Of a stretch of 64,000 nucleotides of DNA, positions 19,424 to 33,507 are shown piece after piece. This DNA comes from an uncultured Candidatus Saccharibacteria bacterium (GTDB taxonomy: Bacteria > Patescibacteriota > Minisyncoccia > Phycocordibacterales > UBA9973), in contig CAZKPK010000001.1 of assembly GCA_964554645.1 (NCBI GenBank), positions 3,697 to 67,696 of the forward strand, in the 5' to 3' direction. The notes below the pieces were generated by a model. That model worked only from the letters and a program-made list of their open reading frames with translations. It made no database searches and was not told the DNA's origin. Each line of letters opens with the position of its first letter. Positions within the stretch are counted from its first letter, which is position 1. Position numbers and translations under genes: made by a program.

Positions 19424-20044
19424 ATGCAAGATAAAAATAACAAACAAAAGAGGTTCACCCACCAAAATTTTCTAAAGAAAATTTCAGGCGGGTTCACTAT
19501 AATCGAAACAATGATTGCTATCTCTCTTTTTTTGGTTGTTGTCATGTCAGGCATGAACGCTCTTTTGAATGCTAATTTGCTTCATCAAAAATCGGGAGAC
19601 ATGCGTTCTATTTTGGATAATTTAAGTTTTATTATGGAAGATATGTCTAGAAATTTAAGGACGGGGTATGATTATTATTGTATCCTAGCTGGAGAAACAA
19701 TTCCCAGTGGGACAGTTAATCCTCGAAGTTGTACTGACGGAGTAGGAATTTCCTTCAAATCTGCTACTAGTGGTCAGTGGGTATATTATGTAGGTAATAA
19801 TCCTAATAGCGTGTATGGTATTTTTAGAAAAATTGGAGCAGAAACCGTTCAATTGACTCCCAATGAAGTTGTTATTACGTCAACTTCTCTTGTTTCAGTT
19901 TTAGGCGCAGAACCGCCACCGGGCAACAGCCAACAACCCTTTGTTACTATTAGATTAGTCGGAAAAATAATCTTAAAAAATAATGTTGAAACGCCATTTT
20001 CTTTGCAAACCTCGGTGTCCCAAAGGTTAATAGATGTTATATGA
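19424..20044 (+). CDS. minor pilin / pseudopilin
   Basis: GGFTIIETMIAISLFLVVV prepilin motif. Confidence 0.75.
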   Translation: MQDKNNKQKRFTHQNFLKKISGGFTIIETMIAISLFLVVVMSGMNALLNANLLHQKSGDMRSILDNLSFIMEDMSRNLRTGYDYYCILAGETIPSGTVNPRSCTDGVGISFKSATSGQWVYYVGNNPNSVYGIFRKIGAETVQLTPNEVVITSTSLVSVLGAEPPPGNSQQPFVTIRLVGKIILKNNVETPFSLQTSVSQRLIDVI

Positions 20045-20586
20045 GTAAATTTTTTAAACAAAAAAATACGGCTTTTACTTTAGTAGAAACGCTTGTGGCT
20101 ATTTCGATTTTTACCGTATCCTTGCTTGGAATAATGTCTGTTTTGGCTTCTGGTATTGCCAATACGAATTATGCCAAACAAAAAATGGTTGCCACCTATC
20201 TAGCGCAAGAGGGCATTGAATATATCAGGAATATGCGGGATACTAAGGTCTTGTATGGGTCGGGGGATAGTAATGCCAAATGGAATCAATTTAAATCTGA
20301 TCTTAGCCCATGCAATAATGATAGCGATCATGCATGTGGTTTTAATACAGTCTTTCCTTATGATGTTTCTACATGTCCTTCTCTTAATGATTGTAAATTA
20401 TATGTGAACAATGGGGGTTATAACACTAATTCAAGTGGTACGGACTCTGGTTTTGTTCGCAAAATTTGGATGGACACGGCCGGTCTAGGTTCAGACGAAG
20501 TAAAAATTTTTTCAAAAGTTGAATGGACTACAGGTTCTGGAGTTAAAAGTGTAACTTTTTCCGAAAATTTATTTAATTGGTGGTAG
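20041..20586 (+). CDS. minor pilin / pseudopilin
   Basis: AFTLVETLVAISIFTVSLLG prepilin motif; 4-nt overlap with upstream gene. Confidence 0.75.
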   Translation: MSKFFKQKNTAFTLVETLVAISIFTVSLLGIMSVLASGIANTNYAKQKMVATYLAQEGIEYIRNMRDTKVLYGSGDSNAKWNQFKSDLSPCNNDSDHACGFNTVFPYDVSTCPSLNDCKLYVNNGGYNTNSSGTDSGFVRKIWMDTAGLGSDEVKIFSKVEWTTGSGVKSVTFSENLFNWW

Positions 20587-20593
20587 AATAATC

Positions 20594-23222
<2,629 letters not shown>

Positions 23223-23233
23223 TTTCAATACAG

Positions 23234-23290
23234 GGAACCGTCGCATAGCGGTCAAGTGCCGAAGGGAATACAGACTTGGAAAGCGCTTTT
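23234..23290 (+). pseudogene. truncated tRNA-Ser-like fragment (5' half) followed by T-run
   Basis: shares the D-arm (TCGCATAGCGGTCAAGTGC) and CTTGGAAAGCG anticodon-loop segment with the tRNA at 23326-23410 but lacks the T-arm and 3' acceptor strand. Confidence 0.35.
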
Positions 23291-23325
23291 TTGTTTGTTA
23301 ATAAATATTCGAGTGAAATATCAGA

Positions 23326-23410
23326 GGAGGGTTCGCATAGCGGTCTAGTGCGCACGCTTGGAAAGCGTGTGTGGAGCAATCCACCAGGAGTCCGAATCTC
23401 CTACCCTCCG
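23326..23410 (+). tRNA. tRNA-Ser (anticodon GGA), class II with long variable arm
   Basis: manual fold: 7-bp acceptor GGAGGGT/ACCCTCC, 3-bp D-stem, anticodon stem CACGC/GCGTG with loop TTGGAAA, variable arm GTGGA-GCAA-TCCAC, T-stem AGGAG/CTCCT. Confidence 0.75.
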
Positions 23411-23445
23411 CACGAATAAAGTGTTATAATTATTCAACAAAATTT

Positions 23446-24654
23446 ATGTTAGATACGGATAAAATAAGAGCTGATTTCAGTATTTTAAAAAAGAAAAACG
23501 GCGCAACCCCGATCTATTTTGATAGCGCTTGTATGAGTTTAAAGCCCGATAAAGTTGTTGAAACGATGAACGATTATTACTTTAATTATCCGGCTTGCGC
23601 TGGTCGCAGTTCTCATAAAATGGGAGATAAGGTTACGAAGAAAATAAAAGAGACGAGGCAACTTATTGCAAAATTCATAAACGCCAATAGTGAAAATGAA
23701 ATAATTTTCACGCGCAACACAACTGAAGGCATAAACTTGCTTGCAAATTCTTTCGGTTTTAAAAAAGGGGAGGTGGTTTTAATTTCGAACAAAGAGCATA
23801 ATTCAAATTTAGTTCCTTGGTTGCTATTGAGAGACAAAATAGGCATTATCGTAAAAATAATTCCTACGAACGAAGATGGCACTTTTAATTTAAACAGCTT
23901 ACCCTCGTTAATTAAAGGCGCCAAACTTCTTTCAATAGTCCATACTTCCAATTTGGATGGGGTTACTAATCCCGCCAAAGAAATAATAAAAATTGCCCAC
24001 CAAAACAATGTCTTGGTTTTCTTGGATGCCGCGCAGAGCATTCCCCACCAAAAAATCAATGTTCAAGATTTAGAGGTTGATTTTTTGGCTTTTTCCGGAC
24101 ACAAAATGCTGGGTCCGACCGGCACCGGAGTTTTTTATGGCAAGTATCAATTATTAGAAAAGTTAGAACCGTTTATGGTTGGCGGAGATACGGTTTTGTC
24201 TTCCACTTATGAAAATTATAAATTTTTGCCTGCGCCGGAAAAATTTGAAGCTGGATTGCAAAATTACGCCGGAATTATCGGGCTGGGAGAAGCTGTCCGA
24301 TATTTGAGCCAGTTTGATTTTAATGACATAAGAGAACAGGAGCTTAAATTAAATTCTTATATCACGGCGGAATTGCAAAAAATTCCGCAAATAAAAATTA
24401 TCGGCCCCCAAGACGCCCAAGACAGATCCGGGATTATTGATTTTTATATTGATGATACAGATATGAATAAATTTGCGATTATGCTTGATGAAATGGCAAA
24501 TATCTCCATTCGTTCTGGACAACACTGCGTCCATTCTTGGTTTAATGGTAAAAAGATTTTTAATTCCGCCCGCGTTTCTTTATATTTTTACAACACGATG
24601 GAAGAGGCCGAAACATTTATCGCCAATTTAAAAAAGATTATAAAAATATTGTAA
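23446..24654 (+). CDS. sufS: cysteine desulfurase (class V aminotransferase, SufS-like)
   Basis: PLP-Lys motif FSGHKMLGPTG and conserved catalytic Cys region (SIRSGQHCVH). ORF-track start 23371 overlaps the tRNA, so trimmed to the internal ATG. Confidence 0.85.
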   Translation: MLDTDKIRADFSILKKKNGATPIYFDSACMSLKPDKVVETMNDYYFNYPACAGRSSHKMGDKVTKKIKETRQLIAKFINANSENEIIFTRNTTEGINLLANSFGFKKGEVVLISNKEHNSNLVPWLLLRDKIGIIVKIIPTNEDGTFNLNSLPSLIKGAKLLSIVHTSNLDGVTNPAKEIIKIAHQNNVLVFLDAAQSIPHQKINVQDLEVDFLAFSGHKMLGPTGTGVFYGKYQLLEKLEPFMVGGDTVLSSTYENYKFLPAPEKFEAGLQNYAGIIGLGEAVRYLSQFDFNDIREQELKLNSYITAELQKIPQIKIIGPQDAQDRSGIIDFYIDDTDMNKFAIMLDEMANISIRSGQHCVHSWFNGKKIFNSARVSLYFYNTMEEAETFIANLKKIIKIL

Positions 24655-24658
24655 ATTC

Positions 24659-25597
24659 ATGCCCTGCCTATTAGCTTTAATTATATTTTCAATCTTGGGC
24701 ATATTCAGCGCTTCTCATAGAGCTTTCGCGAAAGAGGCTTTTGATTGCGTGTTCAGAAGAATAACTTTTCGTCCTTGCAACGCTAGTTTTCAAGAAAAAA
24801 TAAAAGGAAAAATTTTATCAAAATTGATTGTTCGTTCAATTTTTCTCGCTAAAATGGTCAATAAACATTATGAAATATTATCTTGGATATTTTTTATCTT
24901 AATGGTAGGCAGTACCCTTTGGGTTTTACGGGGCGGGTATAATTTCTATGTTTATGGCAGTTGCAATGGACTTAACCAAAGCGGATTCTGCGCTTTTGAT
25001 CCAAGCGGGGAAAATAATAAGGTAACAACAATCGGAGACAGTTCTGCTTGCGGTCTTACGCAAAATTCAGAAGAAAATTTGACATTAGAGAATGTTAATC
25101 TCTCTATTTTCCCGACTCAAAATACTGGGTCAAAAGACACCGTGGTTTTTGTTGGTTGTTATGCTTGCGATTATTCCAGAAAGGCTTATCCGGATATTCA
25201 AAAATTAGTAAAAAATAAACAAGCCAACTATGTTTTTGCTCATTATCCAGCCAAAGGTGATACTACTTTTTTAGCCGAGATAGGATATTGTGTGTCTAAA
25301 GATTACAAAAATGAATATTGGGATTTAAATAATTATCTGTTCACCGCCGATAAGGATTTTATTTTGAACAAACTAAATGCTAATAAAATACTGGAGAGCT
25401 TCAATTTTGATGTAAAAAAAGTGAACGAATGCGCGAATAACATTGAAACAAAAAACATTGTGCAAGATCAAGTTATCGAACTCAAGAAGACCAATCTTTA
25501 TGGCACGCCTACTATTTTTATAAATGGCAAGGCATTTGTAGGACCCAAGCCGTATAGAGTCTACCGAAACGCTCTAAATAAATTTATTTTCTTCTAA
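24659..25597 (+). CDS. membrane-anchored DsbA-like thiol-disulfide oxidoreductase
   Basis: N-terminal TM segments, CxxC (CYAC) in a thioredoxin-like C-terminal domain, TPTIFINGK cis-Pro loop. Confidence 0.55.
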   Translation: MPCLLALIIFSILGIFSASHRAFAKEAFDCVFRRITFRPCNASFQEKIKGKILSKLIVRSIFLAKMVNKHYEILSWIFFILMVGSTLWVLRGGYNFYVYGSCNGLNQSGFCAFDPSGENNKVTTIGDSSACGLTQNSEENLTLENVNLSIFPTQNTGSKDTVVFVGCYACDYSRKAYPDIQKLVKNKQANYVFAHYPAKGDTTFLAEIGYCVSKDYKNEYWDLNNYLFTADKDFILNKLNANKILESFNFDVKKVNECANNIETKNIVQDQVIELKKTNLYGTPTIFINGKAFVGPKPYRVYRNALNKFIFF

Positions 25598-25645
25598 AAA
25601 TAGAGTAGAACGAACAAATGATATTCTCGGCAATAGTTTTAAAAT

Positions 25646-28639
25646 ATGAAAAAATTTGAAGGAGAATACAGCAGTGAATATAAAAAACTCAATCCGGCTC
25701 AAAAAAAAGCGGTAGATACTATTGATGGACCGGTCATGGTGGTGGCCGGTCCGGGAACGGGCAAGACGCAGATTTTGGCCTACCGTATAGCTGAAATTCT
25801 AAAAAGGACGGATACCAAACCGGAGAACATTCTCGCGCTTACATTTACTAACGCGGGAGTTATATCAATACGCGAGAGACTTCTCGAAATGATGGGAGAC
25901 ACGGCTTACAGAATAAATATTTTCACATTCCATGCATTTTGTGAGCACATTATTAAAGAATTTCCTTTTTATTTTAAAGAATTAGAAAGTGCGCGAGTGA
26001 TTAGCGATTTGGAGCGAGTCCAGCTTGTAGAAAAAATAATTAAAGACAATAAATTTAAAGATCTTGTATCTTTTCATGATGAATTCTTTTTCTTAAACAA
26101 AATAGTAAGTGGGATTTTGTCTATCAAGAAAGAAGGATTTTCGCCAAAAGAATTTATTGACAAATTACCTGAATGGAAAAAGAATCTTCTTTCTGGTGAC
26201 GATTTGTATTACAAGAAAGATTTTGGTAAGTACAAAAAGGGGGAGCTCAAGCCGACTGAAGCAGAAAAAGTAAATCAAAAAATTCACAAGGCAGAGGAGC
26301 TGGGTGAAATATTTGCTTTGTATCAGGCAGAGCTCAAGAAGTTTGGCTTCTATGATTTCTCCGACATGGTGCTATATGTCTTGGAAGAGTTATCCAAAAA
26401 CAGAGACCTAAAAGCTGACATCCAAGAGAAATATCAATATATTTTAGTGGATGAGCACCAAGATACAAATGAAGGACAGAATGCTCTGCTCGAATTTCTC
26501 ACTGATGCTCCACATTTAGAAGGCAAGCCGAACATTTTTGTAGTGGGAGACGAAAAGCAATCCATTTACAGATTTCAGGGTGCGAGTGCAGAGACTTTTT
26601 CTAGATTTCAAAAAATGTATAAAGATATTTATATGGTGGTTCTGTCCGAGAATTATCGCTCTACACAAAATATTTTAGACGGAGCCCACAGCACAATTGT
26701 AAAAGGAAAGAAAATGCGGGATAGTAGTGAACTTCTTGCAAATACAAAAGAGAATGAAAAGATTACTGTGCGTGAATTTTCTAATTATAAATTCGAGCTT
26801 CTTTTTCTGGCGGAAGAAATAAAGAGGAAAATCGACGATGGAGTTTCCCCTTCAGAAATAGCAGTCTTGTATCGCGCAAACAAAAATGTCTCAGACATAA
26901 AGGCCGCCTTCGACTTTTACAAGGTAGATTACACCATATTTAGTAGAGACAAGATTTTAGATGATCCCAATATTCGAAATTTAATACATATATTGAAAGT
27001 AATCTACAATTTGAACGACGATCACAACCTTAGTAAAGCATTTTTCGCCAAATTTCTAGGCTTCGATGCTTATGACATCGTCCGAATATTGGATAAATTT
27101 AAGTCCTTACGCAAAATGGAGAAGAAGCATGTTTTTTCCATCATAGAGGACAAAGCAACATTAAAAGAAATCGGGGTTAAGAACATTGAAATGTTTATAA
27201 ATTTTGCGAAAGTATTAAAGGAGATTCAGTTAGAATCTAAGAATCAATTTTTTTCAGATTTCTTCAAAATATTTCTAGCGAAGATTGGATATATAAAATA
27301 TATGCTCTCGTCTTTGGACAGCCGGCTTCAAATTGTAAAACTCGATAAAATTTTAGATGAAATAAAAAAACAAAATAGTGCAAAGAGAGATTATGGACTT
27401 CATGACTTTGTGTATTTCGTAGATGCCTTTGCTAAATATAACTTGGATATTAATAGTGCCGACCCAGAGATCATCGAAGGTGTGTCGCTGATGACAGCGC
27501 ATGGCTCCAAGGGTCGCGAGTTCGAATATGTCTACATTATAAACGCTATTCGTAGAAGTTGGGAGGCAAGTCGAGGTGGTGGTGGAGCGATTGCATTACC
27601 TATTTATCAATACGATGGCGATATCGAAGACGAAAGACGCCTTTTCTATGTGGCGATGACGCGCGCAAAGAAGGTTTTGAATATTTCATATGCTCGCATC
27701 GACAACGATGGTAGAGAGCATGAAGCATCAGAGTTTGTAAAAGAAATTAATGCTAAATATAAAAAAGAGCAGAAGATGGATAAATTTGAGGAAAAAAATG
27801 TAGAAAAATTAAGTGCATTTTTGAATGTAAGTGACAAGTCTGCTTCACTCTTCGAACCGAAATATTTGAAGCTACTTTTCTTTGAAAGGGGATTGAATGT
27901 CTCTGCGCTCAACAACTATCTAGAATGTCCAAAGAAATATCTTTTCAAAAATCTTATACGAATTCCAGATGTTTATTCACCAACTTTAAAATTTGGAGAC
28001 CTTATACACAAATCACTCGAATTATTTTTTACTGAGTCTGCACGGGCGGAGAAGATTCTACCAAAAAAGTTTCTTTTGCAGATTTTCAAAAAAGAATTAC
28101 TGAAGACCTACTTCTCGGAGAAAGATGAAGAAAAATTTAGAGAGCGTGGAGAGAAGACATTGTCCGAGTATTATGACGACTATTGGAAGACCTGGACTTA
28201 TAAAGTGAAGACGGAGTTTAATCCAAAAAGAAATTTCGAACTCGACAATAAAGAAATTTTAAAAATTACTGGTTTTATTGACAAAATAGAGCAAGACGAA
28301 GATGACGGCATAATAAACATCGTAGACTATAAGACCGGGAGGACTTTTTCAGAGAAAGATAAAGAAGAAAAAGCAGAATATGAAAGGCAAATTGTCTTCT
28401 ATCATCTTTTACTCGAGGAATATGATGAAGGAAATCTCACAGTGAACAAAAGCATGCTCGATTTCGTCGAAAAAAATAAAAAAGGAAAATTTGAACAATA
28501 CTCCTTTACAGTTACCAAAGAGCACCTAAAAAGATTAAAGGAGGAAATAAATCTTTGCGCTACGGAAGTTATTTCTCTAGAATTTCTTAAAAAAGGCTGT
28601 AATAAAAAAGACTGCGAATGGTGCCATATATTGAATTAA
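25646..28639 (+). CDS. UvrD/PcrA-family helicase fused to C-terminal PD-(D/E)xK (RecB/Cas4-like) nuclease with Cys cluster
   Basis: helicase motif I AGPGTGKT, motifs II-VI, and C-terminal IVDYKTG plus CEWC. Confidence 0.8.
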   Translation: MKKFEGEYSSEYKKLNPAQKKAVDTIDGPVMVVAGPGTGKTQILAYRIAEILKRTDTKPENILALTFTNAGVISIRERLLEMMGDTAYRINIFTFHAFCEHIIKEFPFYFKELESARVISDLERVQLVEKIIKDNKFKDLVSFHDEFFFLNKIVSGILSIKKEGFSPKEFIDKLPEWKKNLLSGDDLYYKKDFGKYKKGELKPTEAEKVNQKIHKAEELGEIFALYQAELKKFGFYDFSDMVLYVLEELSKNRDLKADIQEKYQYILVDEHQDTNEGQNALLEFLTDAPHLEGKPNIFVVGDEKQSIYRFQGASAETFSRFQKMYKDIYMVVLSENYRSTQNILDGAHSTIVKGKKMRDSSELLANTKENEKITVREFSNYKFELLFLAEEIKRKIDDGVSPSEIAVLYRANKNVSDIKAAFDFYKVDYTIFSRDKILDDPNIRNLIHILKVIYNLNDDHNLSKAFFAKFLGFDAYDIVRILDKFKSLRKMEKKHVFSIIEDKATLKEIGVKNIEMFINFAKVLKEIQLESKNQFFSDFFKIFLAKIGYIKYMLSSLDSRLQIVKLDKILDEIKKQNSAKRDYGLHDFVYFVDAFAKYNLDINSADPEIIEGVSLMTAHGSKGREFEYVYIINAIRRSWEASRGGGGAIALPIYQYDGDIEDERRLFYVAMTRAKKVLNISYARIDNDGREHEASEFVKEINAKYKKEQKMDKFEEKNVEKLSAFLNVSDKSASLFEPKYLKLLFFERGLNVSALNNYLECPKKYLFKNLIRIPDVYSPTLKFGDLIHKSLELFFTESARAEKILPKKFLLQIFKKELLKTYFSEKDEEKFRERGEKTLSEYYDDYWKTWTYKVKTEFNPKRNFELDNKEILKITGFIDKIEQDEDDGIINIVDYKTGRTFSEKDKEEKAEYERQIVFYHLLLEEYDEGNLTVNKSMLDFVEKNKKGKFEQYSFTVTKEHLKRLKEEINLCATEVISLEFLKKGCNKKDCEWCHILN

Positions 28640-28678
28640 AATCTTGTAATTTTGTCTGTTTTTCGTTAAGATAGCTAT

Positions 28679-29437
28679 ATGAATGAGGGAAATAAAAAAG
28701 GAACCATACATCCGTTGTCTCTTTTGGCCAATCAAGCTTATGAAGCTTTTACCGAGATGGGTTTTGAAATTGTGACCGGACCGGAGCTTGAAAGCGACTG
28801 GTATAACTTTTACGTTTTAAATTTTCCTAAAGATCATCCGGCGCTTGATATGCAGGACACATTCTGGCTAAAACCTCCACGAGGTGAAGGTTCGCCCGAT
28901 CATTTTTCAAATGATTTAGGGACAAAAGAAAATAAACATGTTCTGCGCACCCATACCACGACCGTCACAGCTCGCGCGATTGAGGAAGCAGGGAAAGCTA
29001 GCCGAATACCTTGCGCCTTCATTTCCATCGGAAAGGTTTTTAGAAATGAAGCGACGGATATGACTCACGAGATGCAATTTTTTCAGATAGATGGGGCAAT
29101 GGTCGGAAAAAATATTTCCATCGCTGATTTAAAAGGAGTGCTTACTCATTTTTATAAAAAAATGCTGGGAAAAGAAGTAGAGATAGAATTCCGACCGAGT
29201 TTTTTTCCTTTTACCGAACCTTCCATTGAAGTATTTGCTAAATTCAATGGCAAATGGCTGGAAATGATGGGGGCGGGAATGCTCCACCCAAATGTTTTGC
29301 GCAATCTCGGCCTTGATCCTGCCAAAATGCAAGGCTTTGCTTTCGGTGGCGGGCTGGATCGCATTGCAATGATTAAATGGAATATTTCCGATGTGCGACT
29401 TTTTTATCAGGGAGATTTGCGTTTGAATCAGTTTTAA
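28679..29437 (+). CDS. pheS: phenylalanine--tRNA ligase alpha subunit (short form)
   Basis: class II motifs: FRPSFFPFTEPS, GFAFGGGLDRIAM. Confidence 0.9.
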   Translation: MNEGNKKGTIHPLSLLANQAYEAFTEMGFEIVTGPELESDWYNFYVLNFPKDHPALDMQDTFWLKPPRGEGSPDHFSNDLGTKENKHVLRTHTTTVTARAIEEAGKASRIPCAFISIGKVFRNEATDMTHEMQFFQIDGAMVGKNISIADLKGVLTHFYKKMLGKEVEIEFRPSFFPFTEPSIEVFAKFNGKWLEMMGAGMLHPNVLRNLGLDPAKMQGFAFGGGLDRIAMIKWNISDVRLFYQGDLRLNQF

Positions 29438-29438
29438 T

Positions 29439-31367
29439 ATGAAAATTTCTTATAATTGGCTCAAATGGTATATACCGGAAGCGCCTCCCGCAAACAAACT
29501 TGCGGATATTTTTAATTACCATATTTGCGAAGTGGAGAGTGTCCAACACCGAGTGTTGGACAAAGATAAAGATTGGATTTTTGATTTAAAAGTTTTGCCG
29601 AACCGCGCGCATGATTTACTTTCACATCAGGGAGTCGCTCGCGAGCTTGCTTCACTTTTAGATATCAAATATGTAGATCCCACGCCGAAATATAAAATTC
29701 CCGCCTCCGCCAAGGCTGCCCCCTTCGCTGAAGTGGCTACGAAGGCCAAGTCGGCGGGCAAGCCGGAATTAAAAATTGATGTTCAAACGCCTTTATGCAG
29801 GCGATATATGGGCAGAATTATAAGGGGAATAAAAATCGGTCCCAGTCCGGAGTGGATGGTGAAGCATTTAGAATCAATAGGACAGAGAAGTATAAATAAT
29901 ATTGTAGATGCCGCCAATATTGTAATGTTTGATTGCGGACAGCCGACTCATGCTTTTGATCTGGATAAAATGAATAGCAAGATAATAGTGCGCGAGGCAG
30001 AAAATGACGAAGACATAACCACTTTAGATAATCAGGGAATAAAATTAAAAAGTTCAAATATGGTGATTGTAGATTCTAAAAATATTTTAGCGATTGCCGG
30101 AATAAAAGGCGGGAAGATTGCGGAAGTGGACAATAATACAAAAAATATAATTCTTGAGGTTGCTAATTTTGATCCGGTTTCGGTGCGGAAAACAGCTCAA
30201 GCCTTTAATCTATTTACCGACGCGCGAAAGAGGTTTGAAAATGACCTGTCGCCAGAATTGGCACCATATGCCATGCGCGAACTCTCGGCTCTCATTTTTG
30301 AAATGTGTCCGGACGCTATTTTTGAAGATGTTGTGGATGTTTACCCCCACACCAATGATATTGGTGTGGGGGTTTATCCTGAAAAACAAAAGGAGAAAAA
30401 ACTTTCTTTTTCGGCTGAAAGAATTTCAAAAATTTTAGGACTCAAAGTTTCAGTTAAAGAAATAGAAAATATTTTGCAGAGATATAATTTTAGGTATAAA
30501 GAAAATAAAGGGAAATTTGAGGTTGTTGTGCCACCGATGCGTCTTGATTTAGCAATAGAAGAAGATATGGCGGAAGAGATAGGTAGAATTCTGGGATATG
30601 ATAAAGTAAAACCACAAATTCCCCACATGTCTGACATGTGGGAACCACAGGTTAATGAGATTTATGCAAAAATTTCCTGGGTCAGAAATAAATTATTGGC
30701 TGATGGATATTCCGAAGTGATGACTTATACTTTTCGAGAAAAGGGAGAAATAGAAGTGCAAAATAGCGCTTCCGATAAAAAGTTTTTGCGAACGAATTTA
30801 ACTGATGGATTGAAAGAAAGCGTTAAATTAAATCACGCCAATGCCCCGCTGTTAGGAATTGACGAAATTAAAGTTTTTGAAATTGGAACTGTTTTCAAAA
30901 AAGATAAAGAGCAGATAAATATTTGTTTTAGTGACAAAAAAAATATCACAGAAGTTTCTTTAAATGATTTTTGTAAAGATATGCTTTCTAGTGATTCTCC
31001 TCTTGAGGAGTACCCTTTAGGGGGAGGTGGAAAATTTATCCACCCCGTCGCAAGCGCCACCCCTCAAGAGGGGAATAGATTCAAGATGTGGTCTTTGTTT
31101 CCTTTCATTGCGCGCGATATCGCTGTCTTTGTGCCGGAAAAAATTAAGAGTTTGGAAATAGAAAAAATAATAAAAAAGAATATGGGAAATATGGTGATTC
31201 GAGGTCCGGAACTTTTTGATGAATTCAAAAAAGGCAATCAGATTTCTTATGCCTTCAGATTGGTTTTTCAATCTTACGATCGGACACTGACAGACGCAGA
31301 AGTGAATGAAATTATGGATAAAATAACTGACAAAATTAAGAAGAATAAAGGTTGGCAAGTAAGGTAA
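29439..31367 (+). CDS. pheT: phenylalanine--tRNA ligase beta subunit with in-frame Family-A repeat insertion
   Basis: B3/4, B5 and FDX-ACB-like domains. Residues ..SPLEEYPLGGGGKFIHPVASATPQEGN.. are encoded by the repeat at 30997-31078. Confidence 0.9.
   Translation: MKISYNWLKWYIPEAPPANKLADIFNYHICEVESVQHRVLDKDKDWIFDLKVLPNRAHDLLSHQGVARELASLLDIKYVDPTPKYKIPASAKAAPFAEVATKAKSAGKPELKIDVQTPLCRRYMGRIIRGIKIGPSPEWMVKHLESIGQRSINNIVDAANIVMFDCGQPTHAFDLDKMNSKIIVREAENDEDITTLDNQGIKLKSSNMVIVDSKNILAIAGIKGGKIAEVDNNTKNIILEVANFDPVSVRKTAQAFNLFTDARKRFENDLSPELAPYAMRELSALIFEMCPDAIFEDVVDVYPHTNDIGVGVYPEKQKEKKLSFSAERISKILGLKVSVKEIENILQRYNFRYKENKGKFEVVVPPMRLDLAIEEDMAEEIGRILGYDKVKPQIPHMSDMWEPQVNEIYAKISWVRNKLLADGYSEVMTYTFREKGEIEVQNSASDKKFLRTNLTDGLKESVKLNHANAPLLGIDEIKVFEIGTVFKKDKEQINICFSDKKNITEVSLNDFCKDMLSSDSPLEEYPLGGGGKFIHPVASATPQEGNRFKMWSLFPFIARDIAVFVPEKIKSLEIEKIIKKNMGNMVIRGPELFDEFKKGNQISYAFRLVFQSYDRTLTDAEVNEIMDKITDKIKKNKGWQVR
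30997..31078. repeat. Family-A composite repeat (degenerate inverted unit plus forward unit) inside pheT, in-frame
   Basis: CTCCTCTTGAGGAGTAC..GGAGGTGGA followed by ATCCACCCCGTCGCAAGCGCCACCCCTCAAGAGGGGAAT; same composite arrangement as 15961-16077. Confidence 0.85.
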
Positions 31368-31379
31368 AACCTGCTATAA

Positions 31380-33488
<2,109 letters not shown>

Positions 33489-33507
33489 ATTTATTATATT
33501 GCGCTTT

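Noticed and set aside
23613-24059. ORF 23613..24059 (-), 148 aa, hydrophobic
   Set aside because: It is antisense to sufS, and its hydrophobic appearance is a composition artefact of AT-rich antisense DNA.
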